A stretch of DNA of 42,130 nt from the IMG/VR virus record IMGVR_UViG_2917398303_000001; one strand, written 5' to 3'. A program made the position numbers and the translations under genes. The stretch comes from a virus. Its lineage: Duplodnaviria > Heunggongvirae > Uroviricota > Caudoviricetes. The notes under the pieces are model-generated. The model was given only the letters and a program-made list of their open reading frames with translations, made no database searches and was not told the DNA's origin. Shown here in pieces: positions 32,913 to 42,130 of this stretch. How positions within the stretch are numbered: position 1 is the first letter of the stretch; the number at the start of each line of letters is the position of its first letter.

Positions 32913-33238
32913 AAACCTTCCGCTGGAAAGTGAAACCGGGTATGGATGTGGCTTCGGCTCCTTCCGTCAGGGAGGTGCGCTTTGGTGATGGTTACTCCCA
33001 GCGCGCGCCTGCCGGGCTGAATGCCAACCTGAAAACGTACAGCGTGACACTTTCTGTTTCCCGTGAGGAAGCCACGGCGCTGGAGTCATTTCTGGCAGAG
33101 CACGGGGGCTGGAAAGCCTTTCTGTGGACACCGCCTTATGGCTACCGGCAGATAAAGGTGACCTGCGCAAAGTGGACTGTGCGGGTCAGTATGTTGCGCG
33201 CTGAGTTCAGCGCAGAGTTTAAACAGGTGGTGAACTGA
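32909..33238 (+). CDS. M: tail tip protein M
   Basis: 109-aa ORF matching lambda gpM. Confidence 0.95.
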   Translation: MKTFRWKVKPGMDVASAPSVREVRFGDGYSQRAPAGLNANLKTYSVTLSVSREEATALESFLAEHGGWKAFLWTPPYGYRQIKVTCAKWTVRVSMLRAEFSAEFKQVVN

Positions 33239-33936
33239 TGCAGGATATCCGGCAGGAAACACTGAATGAATGCACCCGTGCGGAGCAGTCGGCCAGCGTG
33301 GTGCTCTGGGAAATCGATCTGACAGAGGTCGGTGGAGAACGTTATTTTTTCTGTAATGAGCAGAACGAAAAAGGTGAGCCGGTCACCTGGCAGGGGCGGC
33401 AGTATCAGGCGTATCCCATTCAGGGAAGCGGTTTTGAACTGAATGGCAAAGGCACCAGTACGCGCCCCACGCTGACGGTTTCTAACCTGTACGGTATGGT
33501 CACCGGTATGGCGGAGGATTTGCAGAGTCTGGTCGGCGGAACGGTGGTCCGGCGTAAGGTTTACGCCCGTTTTCTGGATGCGGTGAACTTCGTCAACGGA
33601 AACAGTGACGCCGATCCGGAGCAGGAGGTGATCAGCCGCTGGCGCATCGAGCAGTGCAGCGAACTGAGCGCGGTCAGTGCCTCTTTTGTACTGTCCACGC
33701 CGACGGAAACGGATGGTGCTGTTTTCCCGGGGCGCATCATGCTGGCCAACACCTGCACCTGGACCTATCGCGGTGATGAGTGCGGTTATAACGGTCCGGC
33801 TGTCGCGGATGAATATGACCAGCCGACGTCCGATATCACGAAGGATAAATGCAGCAAATGCCTGAGTGGTTGTAAGTTTCGCAATAACGTCGGCAACTTT
33901 GGCGGCTTCCTTTCCATTAACAAACTTTCGCAGTAA
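33238..33936 (+). CDS. L: tail tip protein L
   Basis: 232-aa ORF matching lambda gpL. Confidence 0.95.
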   Translation: MQDIRQETLNECTRAEQSASVVLWEIDLTEVGGERYFFCNEQNEKGEPVTWQGRQYQAYPIQGSGFELNGKGTSTRPTLTVSNLYGMVTGMAEDLQSLVGGTVVRRKVYARFLDAVNFVNGNSDADPEQEVISRWRIEQCSELSAVSASFVLSTPTETDGAVFPGRIMLANTCTWTYRGDECGYNGPAVADEYDQPTSDITKDKCSKCLSGCKFRNNVGNFGGFLSINKLSQ

Positions 33937-33941
33937 ATCCC

Positions 33942-34685
33942 ATGACACAGACAGAATCAGCGATTCTGGCGCACGCCCGACGATGTGCGCCAGCGGAGTC
34001 GTGCGGCTTCGTGGTGAGAACGCCGGAGGGGGAAAGATATTTTCCCTGCGTGAATATCTCCGGTGAGCCGGAGGATTATTTCCGGATGTCGCCGGAGGAC
34101 TGGCTGCAGGCAGAAATGCGGGGTGAGATTGTGGCGCTGGTCCACAGCCACCCCGGTGGTCTGCCCTGGCTGAGTGAGGCCGACCGGCGGCTGCAGGTGC
34201 AGAGTGATTTGCCGTGGTGGCTGGTCTGCCGGGGGGCGATTCATAAGTTCCGCTGTGTGCCGCATCTCACCGGGCGGCTCTTTGAGCACGGGGTGACGGA
34301 CTGTTACACGCTGTTCCGGGATGCTTACCATCTGGCGGGGATTGAGATGCCGGATTTTCATCGTGAGGATGACTGGTGGCGTAACGGTCAGAATCTCTAT
34401 CTGGATAATCTGGAGGCCACAGGGCTGTATCAGGTGCCGTTGTCAGCGGCGCAGCCGGGCGATGTGCTGCTGTGCTGTTTTGGTTCATCTGTGCCGAATC
34501 ATGCCGCCATTTACTGTGGTGACGGCGAGCTGCTGCACCATATTCCTGAACAACTGAGCAAACGAGAGAGGTATACCGACAAATGGCAGCGACGCACACA
34601 CTCCCTCTGGCGTCACCGGGCATGGCACGCATCTGCCTTTACGGGGATTTACAACGATTTGGCCGCCGCATCGACCTTCGTGTGA
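33942..34685 (+). CDS. K: tail tip assembly protein K (JAB/MPN plus NlpC/P60-like)
   Basis: 247-aa ORF starting 6 nt after L; contains the JAMM motif (ALVHSHPGG); the classical lambda annotation starts at the internal Met at 34086. Confidence 0.9.
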   Translation: MTQTESAILAHARRCAPAESCGFVVRTPEGERYFPCVNISGEPEDYFRMSPEDWLQAEMRGEIVALVHSHPGGLPWLSEADRRLQVQSDLPWWLVCRGAIHKFRCVPHLTGRLFEHGVTDCYTLFRDAYHLAGIEMPDFHREDDWWRNGQNLYLDNLEATGLYQVPLSAAQPGDVLLCCFGSSVPNHAAIYCGDGELLHHIPEQLSKRERYTDKWQRRTHSLWRHRAWHASAFTGIYNDLAAASTFV

Positions 34686-35254
34686 AAACGGGGGCCGAAG
34701 CCATCCGGGCGCTGGCCACACAGCTCCCTGCGTTTCGTCAGAAACTGAGCGACGGCTGGTATCAGGTGCGTATTGCCGGGCAGGATGTCAGCACGTCCGG
34801 ATTAACGGCGCAGTTACATGAGGCTCTGCCTGATGGCGCTGTGATTCATATTGTTCCCAGAGTCGCCGGGGCCAAGTCAGGTGGTGTATTCCAGATTGTC
34901 CTGGGAGCAGCCGCCATTGCCGGATCATTCTTTACCGCCGGAGCCACCCTTGCAGCATGGGGGGCTGCCATTGGTGCCGGTGGTATGACCGGCATTCTGT
35001 TTTCTCTCGGTGCCAGTATGGTGCTCGGCGGTGTGGCTCAGATGCTGGCACCGAAAGCCAGAACTCCCCGCACACAGACAACGGATAACGGTAAGCAGAA
35101 CACCTATTTCTCCTCACTGGATAACATGGTTGCCCAGGGCAATGTTATGCCTGTTCTGTATGGTGAAATGCGCGTGGGGTCACGTGTGGTATCTCAGGAG
35201 ATCAGCACGGCAGATGAAGGGGACGGTGGTCAGGTTGTGGTGATTGGTCGATGA
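34583..35254 (+). CDS. I: tail tip assembly protein I
   Basis: 223-aa ORF matching lambda gpI; overlaps the K 3' end by 103 nt as in lambda. Confidence 0.95.
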   Translation: MAATHTLPLASPGMARICLYGDLQRFGRRIDLRVKTGAEAIRALATQLPAFRQKLSDGWYQVRIAGQDVSTSGLTAQLHEALPDGAVIHIVPRVAGAKSGGVFQIVLGAAAIAGSFFTAGATLAAWGAAIGAGGMTGILFSLGASMVLGGVAQMLAPKARTPRTQTTDNGKQNTYFSSLDNMVAQGNVMPVLYGEMRVGSRVVSQEISTADEGDGGQVVVIGR

Positions 35255-35314
35255 TGCAAAATATTTTATGTGAAACCGCCTGCGGGCGGTTTTGTCGTTT
35301 ATGGAGCATGACGA

Positions 35315-38300
35315 ATGGGTAAAGGCAGCAGTAAGGGACATACCCCGCGCGAAGCAAAGGACAATCTGAAGTCCACGCAGTTGCTGAGTGTGATCGATGC
35401 CATCAGCGAAGGGCCGATTGAAGGTCCGGTGGATGGATTAAAAAGCGTGCTGCTGAACAGTACACCGGTGCTGGACAGTGAGGGGAATACCAACATCTCC
35501 GGTGTCACGGTGGTATTCCGGGCAGGTGAGCAGGAACAGACACAGCCGGAGGGATTTGAATCCTCCGGATCCGAGACGGTGCTGGGTACGGAAGTGAAAT
35601 ACGACACGCCGATCACCCGGACCATCACGTCTGCAAACATCGACCGTCTGCGCTTTACCTTCGGTGTGCAGGCACTGGTGGAAACCACCTCAAAGGGTGA
35701 CAGGAATCCGTCGGAAGTCCGCCTGCTGGTTCAGATCCAGCGTAATGGTGGCTGGGTGACGGAAAAAGACATCACCATTAAGGGCAAAACCACCTCGCAG
35801 TATCTGGCCTCGGTGGTGGTGGGTAACCTGCCGCCGCGCCCGTTCAATATACGGATGCGCAGGATGACGCCGGACAGCACCACAGACCAGCTGCAGAACA
35901 AAACGCTCTGGTCGTCATACACCGAAATCATCGATGTGAAACAGTGCTACCCGAACACGGCACTGGTCGGCGTGCAGGTGGATTCGGAGCAGTTCGGCAG
36001 CCAGCAGGTGAGCCGTAATTATCATCTGCGCGGGCGCATTCTGCAGGTGCCGTCGAACTATAACCCGCAGACGCGGCAATACAGCGGTATCTGGGACGGA
36101 ACGTTTAAGCCAGCATACAGCAACAACATGGCATGGTGCCTGTGGGATATGCTGACCCATCCGCGCTACGGCATGGGGAAACGTCTTGGTGCGGCGGATG
36201 TGGACAAATGGGCGCTGTATGTCATCGGCCAGCATTGCGATCAGTCGGTGCCGGACGGTTTTGGCGGCACGGAGCCGCGCATCACCTGTAATGCGTACCT
36301 GACCACACAGCGTAAGGCGTGGGATGTTCTCAGTGATTTCTGCTCGGCGATGCGCTGTATGCCGGTATGGAACGGGCAGACGCTGACGTTCGTGCAGGAC
36401 CGACCGTCGGATAAGGTGTGGACCTATAACCGCAGTAATGTGGTGATGCCGGATGATGGCGCGCCGTTCCGCTACAGCTTCAGCGCCCTGAAGGACCGCC
36501 ATAATGCCGTTGAGGTGAACTGGATTGACCCGAATAACGGCTGGGAGACGGCGACAGAGCTTGTGGAGGACACGCAGGCCATTCTCCGTTACGGTCGTAA
36601 CGTCACGAAGATGGATGCTTTTGGCTGTACCAGCCGGGGGCAGGCACACCGCGCCGGGCTGTGGCTGATTAAAACGGAGCTGCTGGAAACGCAGACCGTG
36701 GACTTCAGCGTGGGTGCAGAAGGGCTTCGCCATGTACCGGGCGATGTCATTGAAATCTGTGATGATGACTATGCGGGTATCAGCATCGGCGGGCGCGTGC
36801 TGGCGGTGAACAGCCAGACCCGGACGCTGACGCTCGACCGTGAAATCACGCTGCCATCCTCCGGCACCACGCTGATAAGCCTGGTTGACGGACAGGGGAA
36901 TCCGGTCAGCGTGGAGGTCCAGTCCGTCACCGACGGCGTGAAGGTGAAAGTGAGCCGGGTTCCTGACGGCGTTGCCGAGTACAGCGTGTGGGGGCTGAAG
37001 CTGCCGACGCTGCGCCAGCGCCTGTTCCGCTGTGTGAGTATCCGTGAGAACGATGACGGTACGTATGCCATCACTGCCGTGCAGCATGTGCCGGAGAAAG
37101 AAGCCATCGTGGATAACGGGGCGCACTTTGACGGTGACCAGAGCGGCACGGTGAATGGTGTCACGCCGCCAGCGGTGCAGCACCTGACCGCAGAAGTCAC
37201 CGCAGACAGCGGGGAATATCAGGTGCTGGCGCGCTGGGACACGCCGAAGGTGGTGAAGGGCGTGAGCTTCCTGCTTCGCCTGACCGTGGCTGCGGATGAT
37301 GGCAGTGAACGGCTGGTCAGCACGGCCCGGACGACGGAAACCACATACCGCTTCAGGCAACTGGCGCTGGGAAATTACAGGCTGGCAGTCCGGGCGGCAA
37401 ATGCCTGGGGGCAGCAGGGCGATCCGGCATCGGTATCGTTCCGGATTGCCGCACCGGCAGCGCCGTCGCGGATTGAGCTGACGCCGGGCTATTTTCAGAT
37501 AACCGCCACGCCCCATCTTGCCGTTTATGATCCGACGGTACAGTTTGAGTTCTGGTTCTCGGAAAAGCGGATTACCGATATCAGGAAGGTTGAAACCAGC
37601 GCGCGTTATCTTGGCACGGCGCTGTACTGGATAGCCGCCAGTATCAATATCAAGCCGGGCCATGATTATTATTTTTATATCCGCAGTGTGAATACTGTTG
37701 GCAAATCGGCATTCGTGGAGGCTGTCGGTCGGGCGAGCGATGATGCGGAAGGTTACCTGGATTTTTTCAAAGGCCAGATAACCGAATCTCATCTCGGCAA
37801 GGAGCTGCTGGAAAAAGTCGAGCTGACGGAGGATAACGCCAGCAAACTGGAGGAGTTTTCGAAAGAGTGGAAAGACGCCAACGATAAATGGAATGCCATG
37901 TGGGGCGTCAAAATTGAGCAGACCGAAGACGGCAGGCATTATGTCGCGGGGCTTGGCCTCAGCATGGAGGATACGGAGGAAGGTAAACTGAGCCAGTTCC
38001 TGGTTGCCGCTAACCGTATCGCGTTTATTGACCCGGCAAACGGGAATGAAACGCCGATGTTTGTGGCGCAGGGCAACCAGATATTCATGAACGAGGTGTT
38101 CCTGAAGTATCTGACGGCGCCAACCATTACCAGCGGCGGTAATCCTCCGGTATTTTCCCTGACACCGGACGGGCGGCTGACGGCGAAAAATGCCGATATC
38201 AGCGGTAACGTGAACGCGAACTCCGGGACGCTCAATAATGTCACGATTAACCAGAACTGTCGGATTATGGGAAAACTGTCTGCCAACCAGATTGAAGGTG

Positions 38301-38713
38301 ATATTGTCAAAACGGTGGGAAAAGCCTTTCCGAGAAATGGCAGTTATGCCAGCGGTACAATAACGGTCACTGTGTACGATGACCAGGCTTTTGACCGTCA
38401 GATAGTAATCCCACCCGTTCTGTTTCGCGGTGGTAAGCATGAAAACTTCAACAGCAACAACCAACAGTCATACTGGTATTCGACCTGTAAGCTGCAGGTA
38501 CTGAAGAACGGACAGGAAATCTTTCAGCAACCCGCGACGGATGTCAGCAGGGTATTTTCATCCGTCATTGATATGCCAGCGGGACACGGCCATGTCACCC
38601 TGACTTTCAATGTTTCTTCATATGGTGCTCATAACTGGACGCCAACGACCAGTATCAGCGACCTTCTTGTTGTCGTGATGAAGAAATCAACAGCCGGTAT
38701 CAGTATCAGTTGA
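35315..38713 (+). CDS. J: central tail fibre / host-specificity protein J
   Basis: 1132-aa ORF; N-terminal about 980 aa match lambda gpJ; the C-terminal about 150 aa look divergent from lambda. Confidence 0.95.
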   Translation: MGKGSSKGHTPREAKDNLKSTQLLSVIDAISEGPIEGPVDGLKSVLLNSTPVLDSEGNTNISGVTVVFRAGEQEQTQPEGFESSGSETVLGTEVKYDTPITRTITSANIDRLRFTFGVQALVETTSKGDRNPSEVRLLVQIQRNGGWVTEKDITIKGKTTSQYLASVVVGNLPPRPFNIRMRRMTPDSTTDQLQNKTLWSSYTEIIDVKQCYPNTALVGVQVDSEQFGSQQVSRNYHLRGRILQVPSNYNPQTRQYSGIWDGTFKPAYSNNMAWCLWDMLTHPRYGMGKRLGAADVDKWALYVIGQHCDQSVPDGFGGTEPRITCNAYLTTQRKAWDVLSDFCSAMRCMPVWNGQTLTFVQDRPSDKVWTYNRSNVVMPDDGAPFRYSFSALKDRHNAVEVNWIDPNNGWETATELVEDTQAILRYGRNVTKMDAFGCTSRGQAHRAGLWLIKTELLETQTVDFSVGAEGLRHVPGDVIEICDDDYAGISIGGRVLAVNSQTRTLTLDREITLPSSGTTLISLVDGQGNPVSVEVQSVTDGVKVKVSRVPDGVAEYSVWGLKLPTLRQRLFRCVSIRENDDGTYAITAVQHVPEKEAIVDNGAHFDGDQSGTVNGVTPPAVQHLTAEVTADSGEYQVLARWDTPKVVKGVSFLLRLTVAADDGSERLVSTARTTETTYRFRQLALGNYRLAVRAANAWGQQGDPASVSFRIAAPAAPSRIELTPGYFQITATPHLAVYDPTVQFEFWFSEKRITDIRKVETSARYLGTALYWIAASINIKPGHDYYFYIRSVNTVGKSAFVEAVGRASDDAEGYLDFFKGQITESHLGKELLEKVELTEDNASKLEEFSKEWKDANDKWNAMWGVKIEQTEDGRHYVAGLGLSMEDTEEGKLSQFLVAANRIAFIDPANGNETPMFVAQGNQIFMNEVFLKYLTAPTITSGGNPPVFSLTPDGRLTAKNADISGNVNANSGTLNNVTINQNCRIMGKLSANQIEGDIVKTVGKAFPRNGSYASGTITVTVYDDQAFDRQIVIPPVLFRGGKHENFNSNNQQSYWYSTCKLQVLKNGQEIFQQPATDVSRVFSSVIDMPAGHGHVTLTFNVSSYGAHNWTPTTSISDLLVVVMKKSTAGISIS

Positions 38714-38732
38714 ATTTTATAACCCAAATACG

Positions 38733-38758
38733 GGCGCCAGAAATGGCGCCTTTTTTAT
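38733..38758 (+). terminator. intrinsic terminator after J
   Basis: Stem GGCGCC / GGCGCC with loop AGAAAT, followed by TTTTTTATTT. Confidence 0.7.
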
Positions 38759-38771
38759 TTGTGGAGTGAAT

Positions 38772-40834
38772 ATGGCAGTACAGATTTCAGGCGTGCTGAA
38801 AGACGGTGCAGGAAAACCAATACAGAACTGCACTATTCAGCTCAAAGCAAAGCGTAACAGCACCACGGTACTGGTGAACACGGTGGCCTCTGAAAATCCG
38901 GATGAAGCCGGGCGTACAGCATGGATGTTGAGTACGGTCAGTACAGCGTCATTCTGTTGGTGGAGGGATTCCCGCCGTCACATGCCGGGACCATTACCGT
39001 CTATGAAGGTTCCAGGCCAGGTACGCTGAATGATTTTCTCGGTGCCATGACGGAAGATGATGTCATGCCTGAGGCATTGCGCCGTTTTGAGGAAATATTG
39101 GAAGAAACGGCACGAAACGCTGAAGCTGCCTCTCAGAGCGCAGCGGCGGCAAAGAAATCCGAAACTGCAGCGGCATCATCGAAGAACGCGGCGAAAACGT
39201 CAGAGACGAATTCAGCCAACAGCGAGAAAGCTGCTGCATCTTCTAAAACAGCATCAGAAACAGCAGCAACAGCAGCATCACTTTCAGAGGCTAATGCCCG
39301 GGCGTCAGAGGAGAAATCTGCAGAAAATGCTGACGCAGCACGTCGTGAAGCATTATTAGCGACAACTGCAGCTGAAACTGCCACCACAAAAGCGCAGGAG
39401 GCCGCAGCAGACGCAACAAAGGCCGGGCAGAAAAAGGATGAAGCCGTCGCGGCGGCGACACGTTCGGAAGCGGCGGCAGACCGCGCAGAAGCTGCAGCGG
39501 AAGTGACTGTAAAACCATATGTGAATATAGTTCCGCCGCTGCCTGATGTCTGGATTCCGTTTAATGATTCACTGGATATGATTACGGGCTTTTCGCCGTC
39601 ATATAAAAGGATTGTTATTGGCGATGATGAAATAACAATGCCTGGCGACAAGATTGTAAAGTTTAAACGCGCATCAAAAGCAACTTACATTAATAAATCT
39701 GGTGTGCTGACAGAGGCTGCCATTGACGAGCCACGATTTGAATGTGATGGCCTGCTTATTGAGGGGCAAAGAACGAACTTCTTCCCGAACAGTACAGACC
39801 CTTCGAAGTGGAATAAGTCAACTTCACTGGACGTTACAGAAACAGGCACAGATAGTTTCGGTTTTAATTATGGCCGGTTTGTCGTACAGGATTCGATTGT
39901 TGGCACAAGTAAAGCGCATACCATTATAGGGCTGTATTCAAGTACCGGAGGGGTTGATACTTCAGGTGACGAAAAGTATGTAACTATATCCTGTCGGGTA
40001 AAAAGTGAAGTTGATAATATCGCCGTTCGTATTTTATTTGAACATTATGATGGGGAGGTAAGGACATCAATAGGAGCAGCAAGCCTGAACCTTACCACCC
40101 GCATAATTAGCAAGACAGGCCAGACAAGCCGTGTTACAGCAAGGTCTGTTAAGGAAGATGCAACTGGCTGGATATTTTTTGAGGCTACATTAAAAGCAGA
40201 TACAACAGAAAATACGGTTGGTGGTTTCGTCCAGTATTCTCCGGATACAGGGCAGATGGTGGCATCAGGGGATTGTCTCGATGTAACCACTCCACAGATT
40301 GAGGCTGGTACAGGCGCATCATCTTTTATTGTTACGGGGGCGGCACCGGTAACGCGGGCAAGCGATATAGTTACAGTCCCAATTAAGAATAATCTTTATA
40401 ATCTTCCTTTTACGGTTCTTTGTGAGGTACATAAGAACTGGTATAAAACGCCAAATGCAGCACCGCGTGTTTTTGATACCGGCGGTCATCAAACCGGAGC
40501 GGCTATTATTCTTGGCTTCGGTTCTTCAGCAGATTACGACGGATTTCCTTATTGCGATATTGGTGGGTCTAACAGACGGATAAACGAAAATGCATCACTT
40601 GAAAAAATGGTTATGGGGATGCGTGTAAAGTCTGATCAGTCTACATGCGCAGTAAGTAACGGGCGTATATCCAGCGAAACAAAAACCACATGGTCATATA
40701 TTCAGAACTCCGCAATTATCCGTATTGGAGGCCAGACTACAGCCGGTTTACGCCATTTATTTGGTCATGTCAGGAATTTCAGAATATGGCATAAAGAATT
40801 AACTGATGCGCAAATGGGGGAGAGTATTAAATGA
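38772..40834 (+). pseudogene. stf: side tail fibre Stf: lambda-type N-terminal anchor, Ala-rich coiled coil, non-lambda C-terminal domain; apparent frameshift after codon 46
   Basis: ATG at 38772 opens MAVQISGVLKDGAGKPIQNCTIQLKAKRNSTTVLVNTVASENPDEAGR, then the frame is lost; the continuation MDVEYGQYSVIL... is in the -1 frame (ORF 38921..40834). Confidence 0.7.
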
Positions 40835-41112
40835 AAGATTTAACACTCAAATTTTCCGACAGGGCCGACTTTTCGGCCTTTATGGATAGCACTGGCTATT
40901 ATGATGACGAGTCGATGCAGGATGATATTCTCATTGACGTGATAGGTGACGTGTATAAAGAAACCGGAGAACTGACTGACGATGGCGAGCCGGTATGTGT
41001 TAAGGAAGACGGATATTTTGTAAACGTGCGCATCATTAATGATGTGAAAACACCGTCAATATTCGATGAATACGCGGTTGTTGTTGAGCATCAACTTCGT
41101 GGCTGGATGTGA
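40831..41112 (+). CDS. hypothetical acidic protein (93 aa) translationally coupled to stf
   Basis: ATG overlaps the stf stop (ATGA) with a GGGGGAGAG RBS; strongly acidic; occupies the Tfa position but is half the usual Tfa size. Confidence 0.45.
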   Translation: MKDLTLKFSDRADFSAFMDSTGYYDDESMQDDILIDVIGDVYKETGELTDDGEPVCVKEDGYFVNVRIINDVKTPSIFDEYAVVVEHQLRGWM

Positions 41113-41121
41113 GGGAGACAA

Positions 41122-41823
41122 ATGGCTACATCGACAGTAATTCCAGGAGATATCACTACGCTAAAGGGAGATGTCAGTAAAGCTAAGGAAGATATTTCCT
41201 CAATTAGCGGAAAAGTATCAACGCTTCAGACTGATATGGACAGTGCAAAGCAGGATATCAGTACCAGATACACAAAAACTGAAGTGGATAATAAGCTGAA
41301 AAATAAAGTAGAAGTGAATGATCTGGAAAGCGGTCGTTATGGCGGGGATTTTTATCCACTGACAGGTCGTGAAGCGTTTTATTTATGGAATTTGGCTACG
41401 ACTACAGCTGCGGCAAACCTTTATCTTAATCCTGACCCCGCAATTTCGTCTGTATTGCGGTCAACATCGTCTATCCGCTATAAGCATTCAGTAGAGACGA
41501 TAGATTCAGAGCACGCCGATCTCATTCTCAAGATGCGCCCTGTATGGTACAGGTCGCAATGCGAAAATGACAGGCGTGATTGGGGGTTCTATGGATTGAT
41601 TGCCGAGGAAGTAGGAGAAATTGCCCCTCAGTTTGTACACTGGCGACCAGCTAACGAAGATGATGCTCCTGAAGCTATTTCCAGCAATGGCCTTGTTGCC
41701 GAAGGTGTAATGTACGAACGTCTGGTTGTTCCACTGATTCACCATATCCAGAAACTGACTGAAAGAGTTGATGAACTTGAGTCAGAATTAAAGCTGTTAT
41801 CAACTTCCCGAAGCGATATCTGA
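41122..41823 (+). CDS. fibre-like protein with C-terminal intramolecular-chaperone (peptidase S74-like) domain
   Basis: 233-aa ORF with GAGGGAGA RBS; N-terminal coiled coil; C-terminal region (SSIRYKHSVETI ... WGFYGLIAEEVGEIAPQFV ... GLVAEGVMYERLVVPLIHHIQKLTERVDELE) resembles the S74 auto-cleaving chaperone domain of tail fibres and tailspikes. Confidence 0.5.
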   Translation: MATSTVIPGDITTLKGDVSKAKEDISSISGKVSTLQTDMDSAKQDISTRYTKTEVDNKLKNKVEVNDLESGRYGGDFYPLTGREAFYLWNLATTTAAANLYLNPDPAISSVLRSTSSIRYKHSVETIDSEHADLILKMRPVWYRSQCENDRRDWGFYGLIAEEVGEIAPQFVHWRPANEDDAPEAISSNGLVAEGVMYERLVVPLIHHIQKLTERVDELESELKLLSTSRSDI

Positions 41824-41836
41824 TAAAGGAGGAGTA

Positions 41837-42130
41837 ATGGATATAAGCCCCTTACTTCATGCACTTTGTGCTGTGGCTGCGCAGATACTGGTTGGTCTTT
41901 TTACCGGAAACTGGGTTTACGGAGCGATAGCCGGCTGTACGTTCTTCATTGCGCGTGAACACACCCAGGCAGAATATCGCTGGATTGAAATGTTCGGGCA
42001 TGGCAAGCGGATTAACATGCCGTGGTGGGGCGGTTTTGATCCACGCGCGTGGGATGTAGCAAGCCTGATGGATTTTGCTGTGCCGGTGGTGGCGTGTCTG
42101 CTGGTCTGGGTATTTATCCGTTCAACATAA
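41837..42130 (+). CDS. small integral membrane protein (97 aa)
   Basis: Strong RBS AAGGAGGAG; hydrophobic segments at both ends (LLHALCAVAAQILVGLF ; FAVPVVACLLVWVFI); function unknown; its stop is the last base of the window. Confidence 0.45.
   Translation: MDISPLLHALCAVAAQILVGLFTGNWVYGAIAGCTFFIAREHTQAEYRWIEMFGHGKRINMPWWGGFDPRAWDVASLMDFAVPVVACLLVWVFIRST

Noticed and set aside
35915-38464. 849-aa ORF on the minus strand
   Set aside because: Entirely antisense to the well-supported J gene; a long open antisense frame is expected by chance in GC-rich coding DNA and it has no RBS or homology support.
39133-39651. 172-aa minus-strand ORF and a 100-aa plus-strand ORF within stf
   Set aside because: They overlap the Ala-rich coiled-coil region of stf; low-complexity alternative-frame translations.

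Overview
This window is an Escherichia coli-type chromosomal junction: a complete proA gene (1-1254) and a tRNA-Thr (thrW-like, 1369-1444), followed by about 40.7 kb of a lambda-like prophage that runs past the right edge of the window, so attR is not visible. All homology calls below come from recognising the translated ORFs by eye; no database search was run. The prophage is mosaic. Its recombination genes (exo-bet-gam), replication genes (O C-terminus, P, ren) and the whole packaging/head/tail block (nu1 through J) look lambda-type. The integrase is P4-like, the immunity region is cI plus a Cro/YdaS-like and YdaT-like pair, the nin region is DLP12-like (ybcN-ninE-ybcO-rusA-Q), and the lysis cassette is phage 21-type (pinholin plus SAR endolysin). 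The strongest candidate for an undescribed system is a two-gene module immediately downstream of cI, in the position lambda uses for rexAB: a Panacea/DUF4065-like protein translationally coupled to a small two-helix membrane protein, ending in an intrinsic terminator. Other accessory cargo includes an AT-rich island with two lipoproteins (one SlyB-like), a cold-shock gene between the late promoter and the lysis genes, an orphan adenine methyltransferase, and an AT-rich module after the side tail fibre. Two structural genes, tape measure H and side tail fibre stf, each show an apparent single-base frameshift, so the prophage may be tail-defective unless these are sequencing errors. The 12-nt cohesive end at cosN also differs from the lambda sequence I recall.
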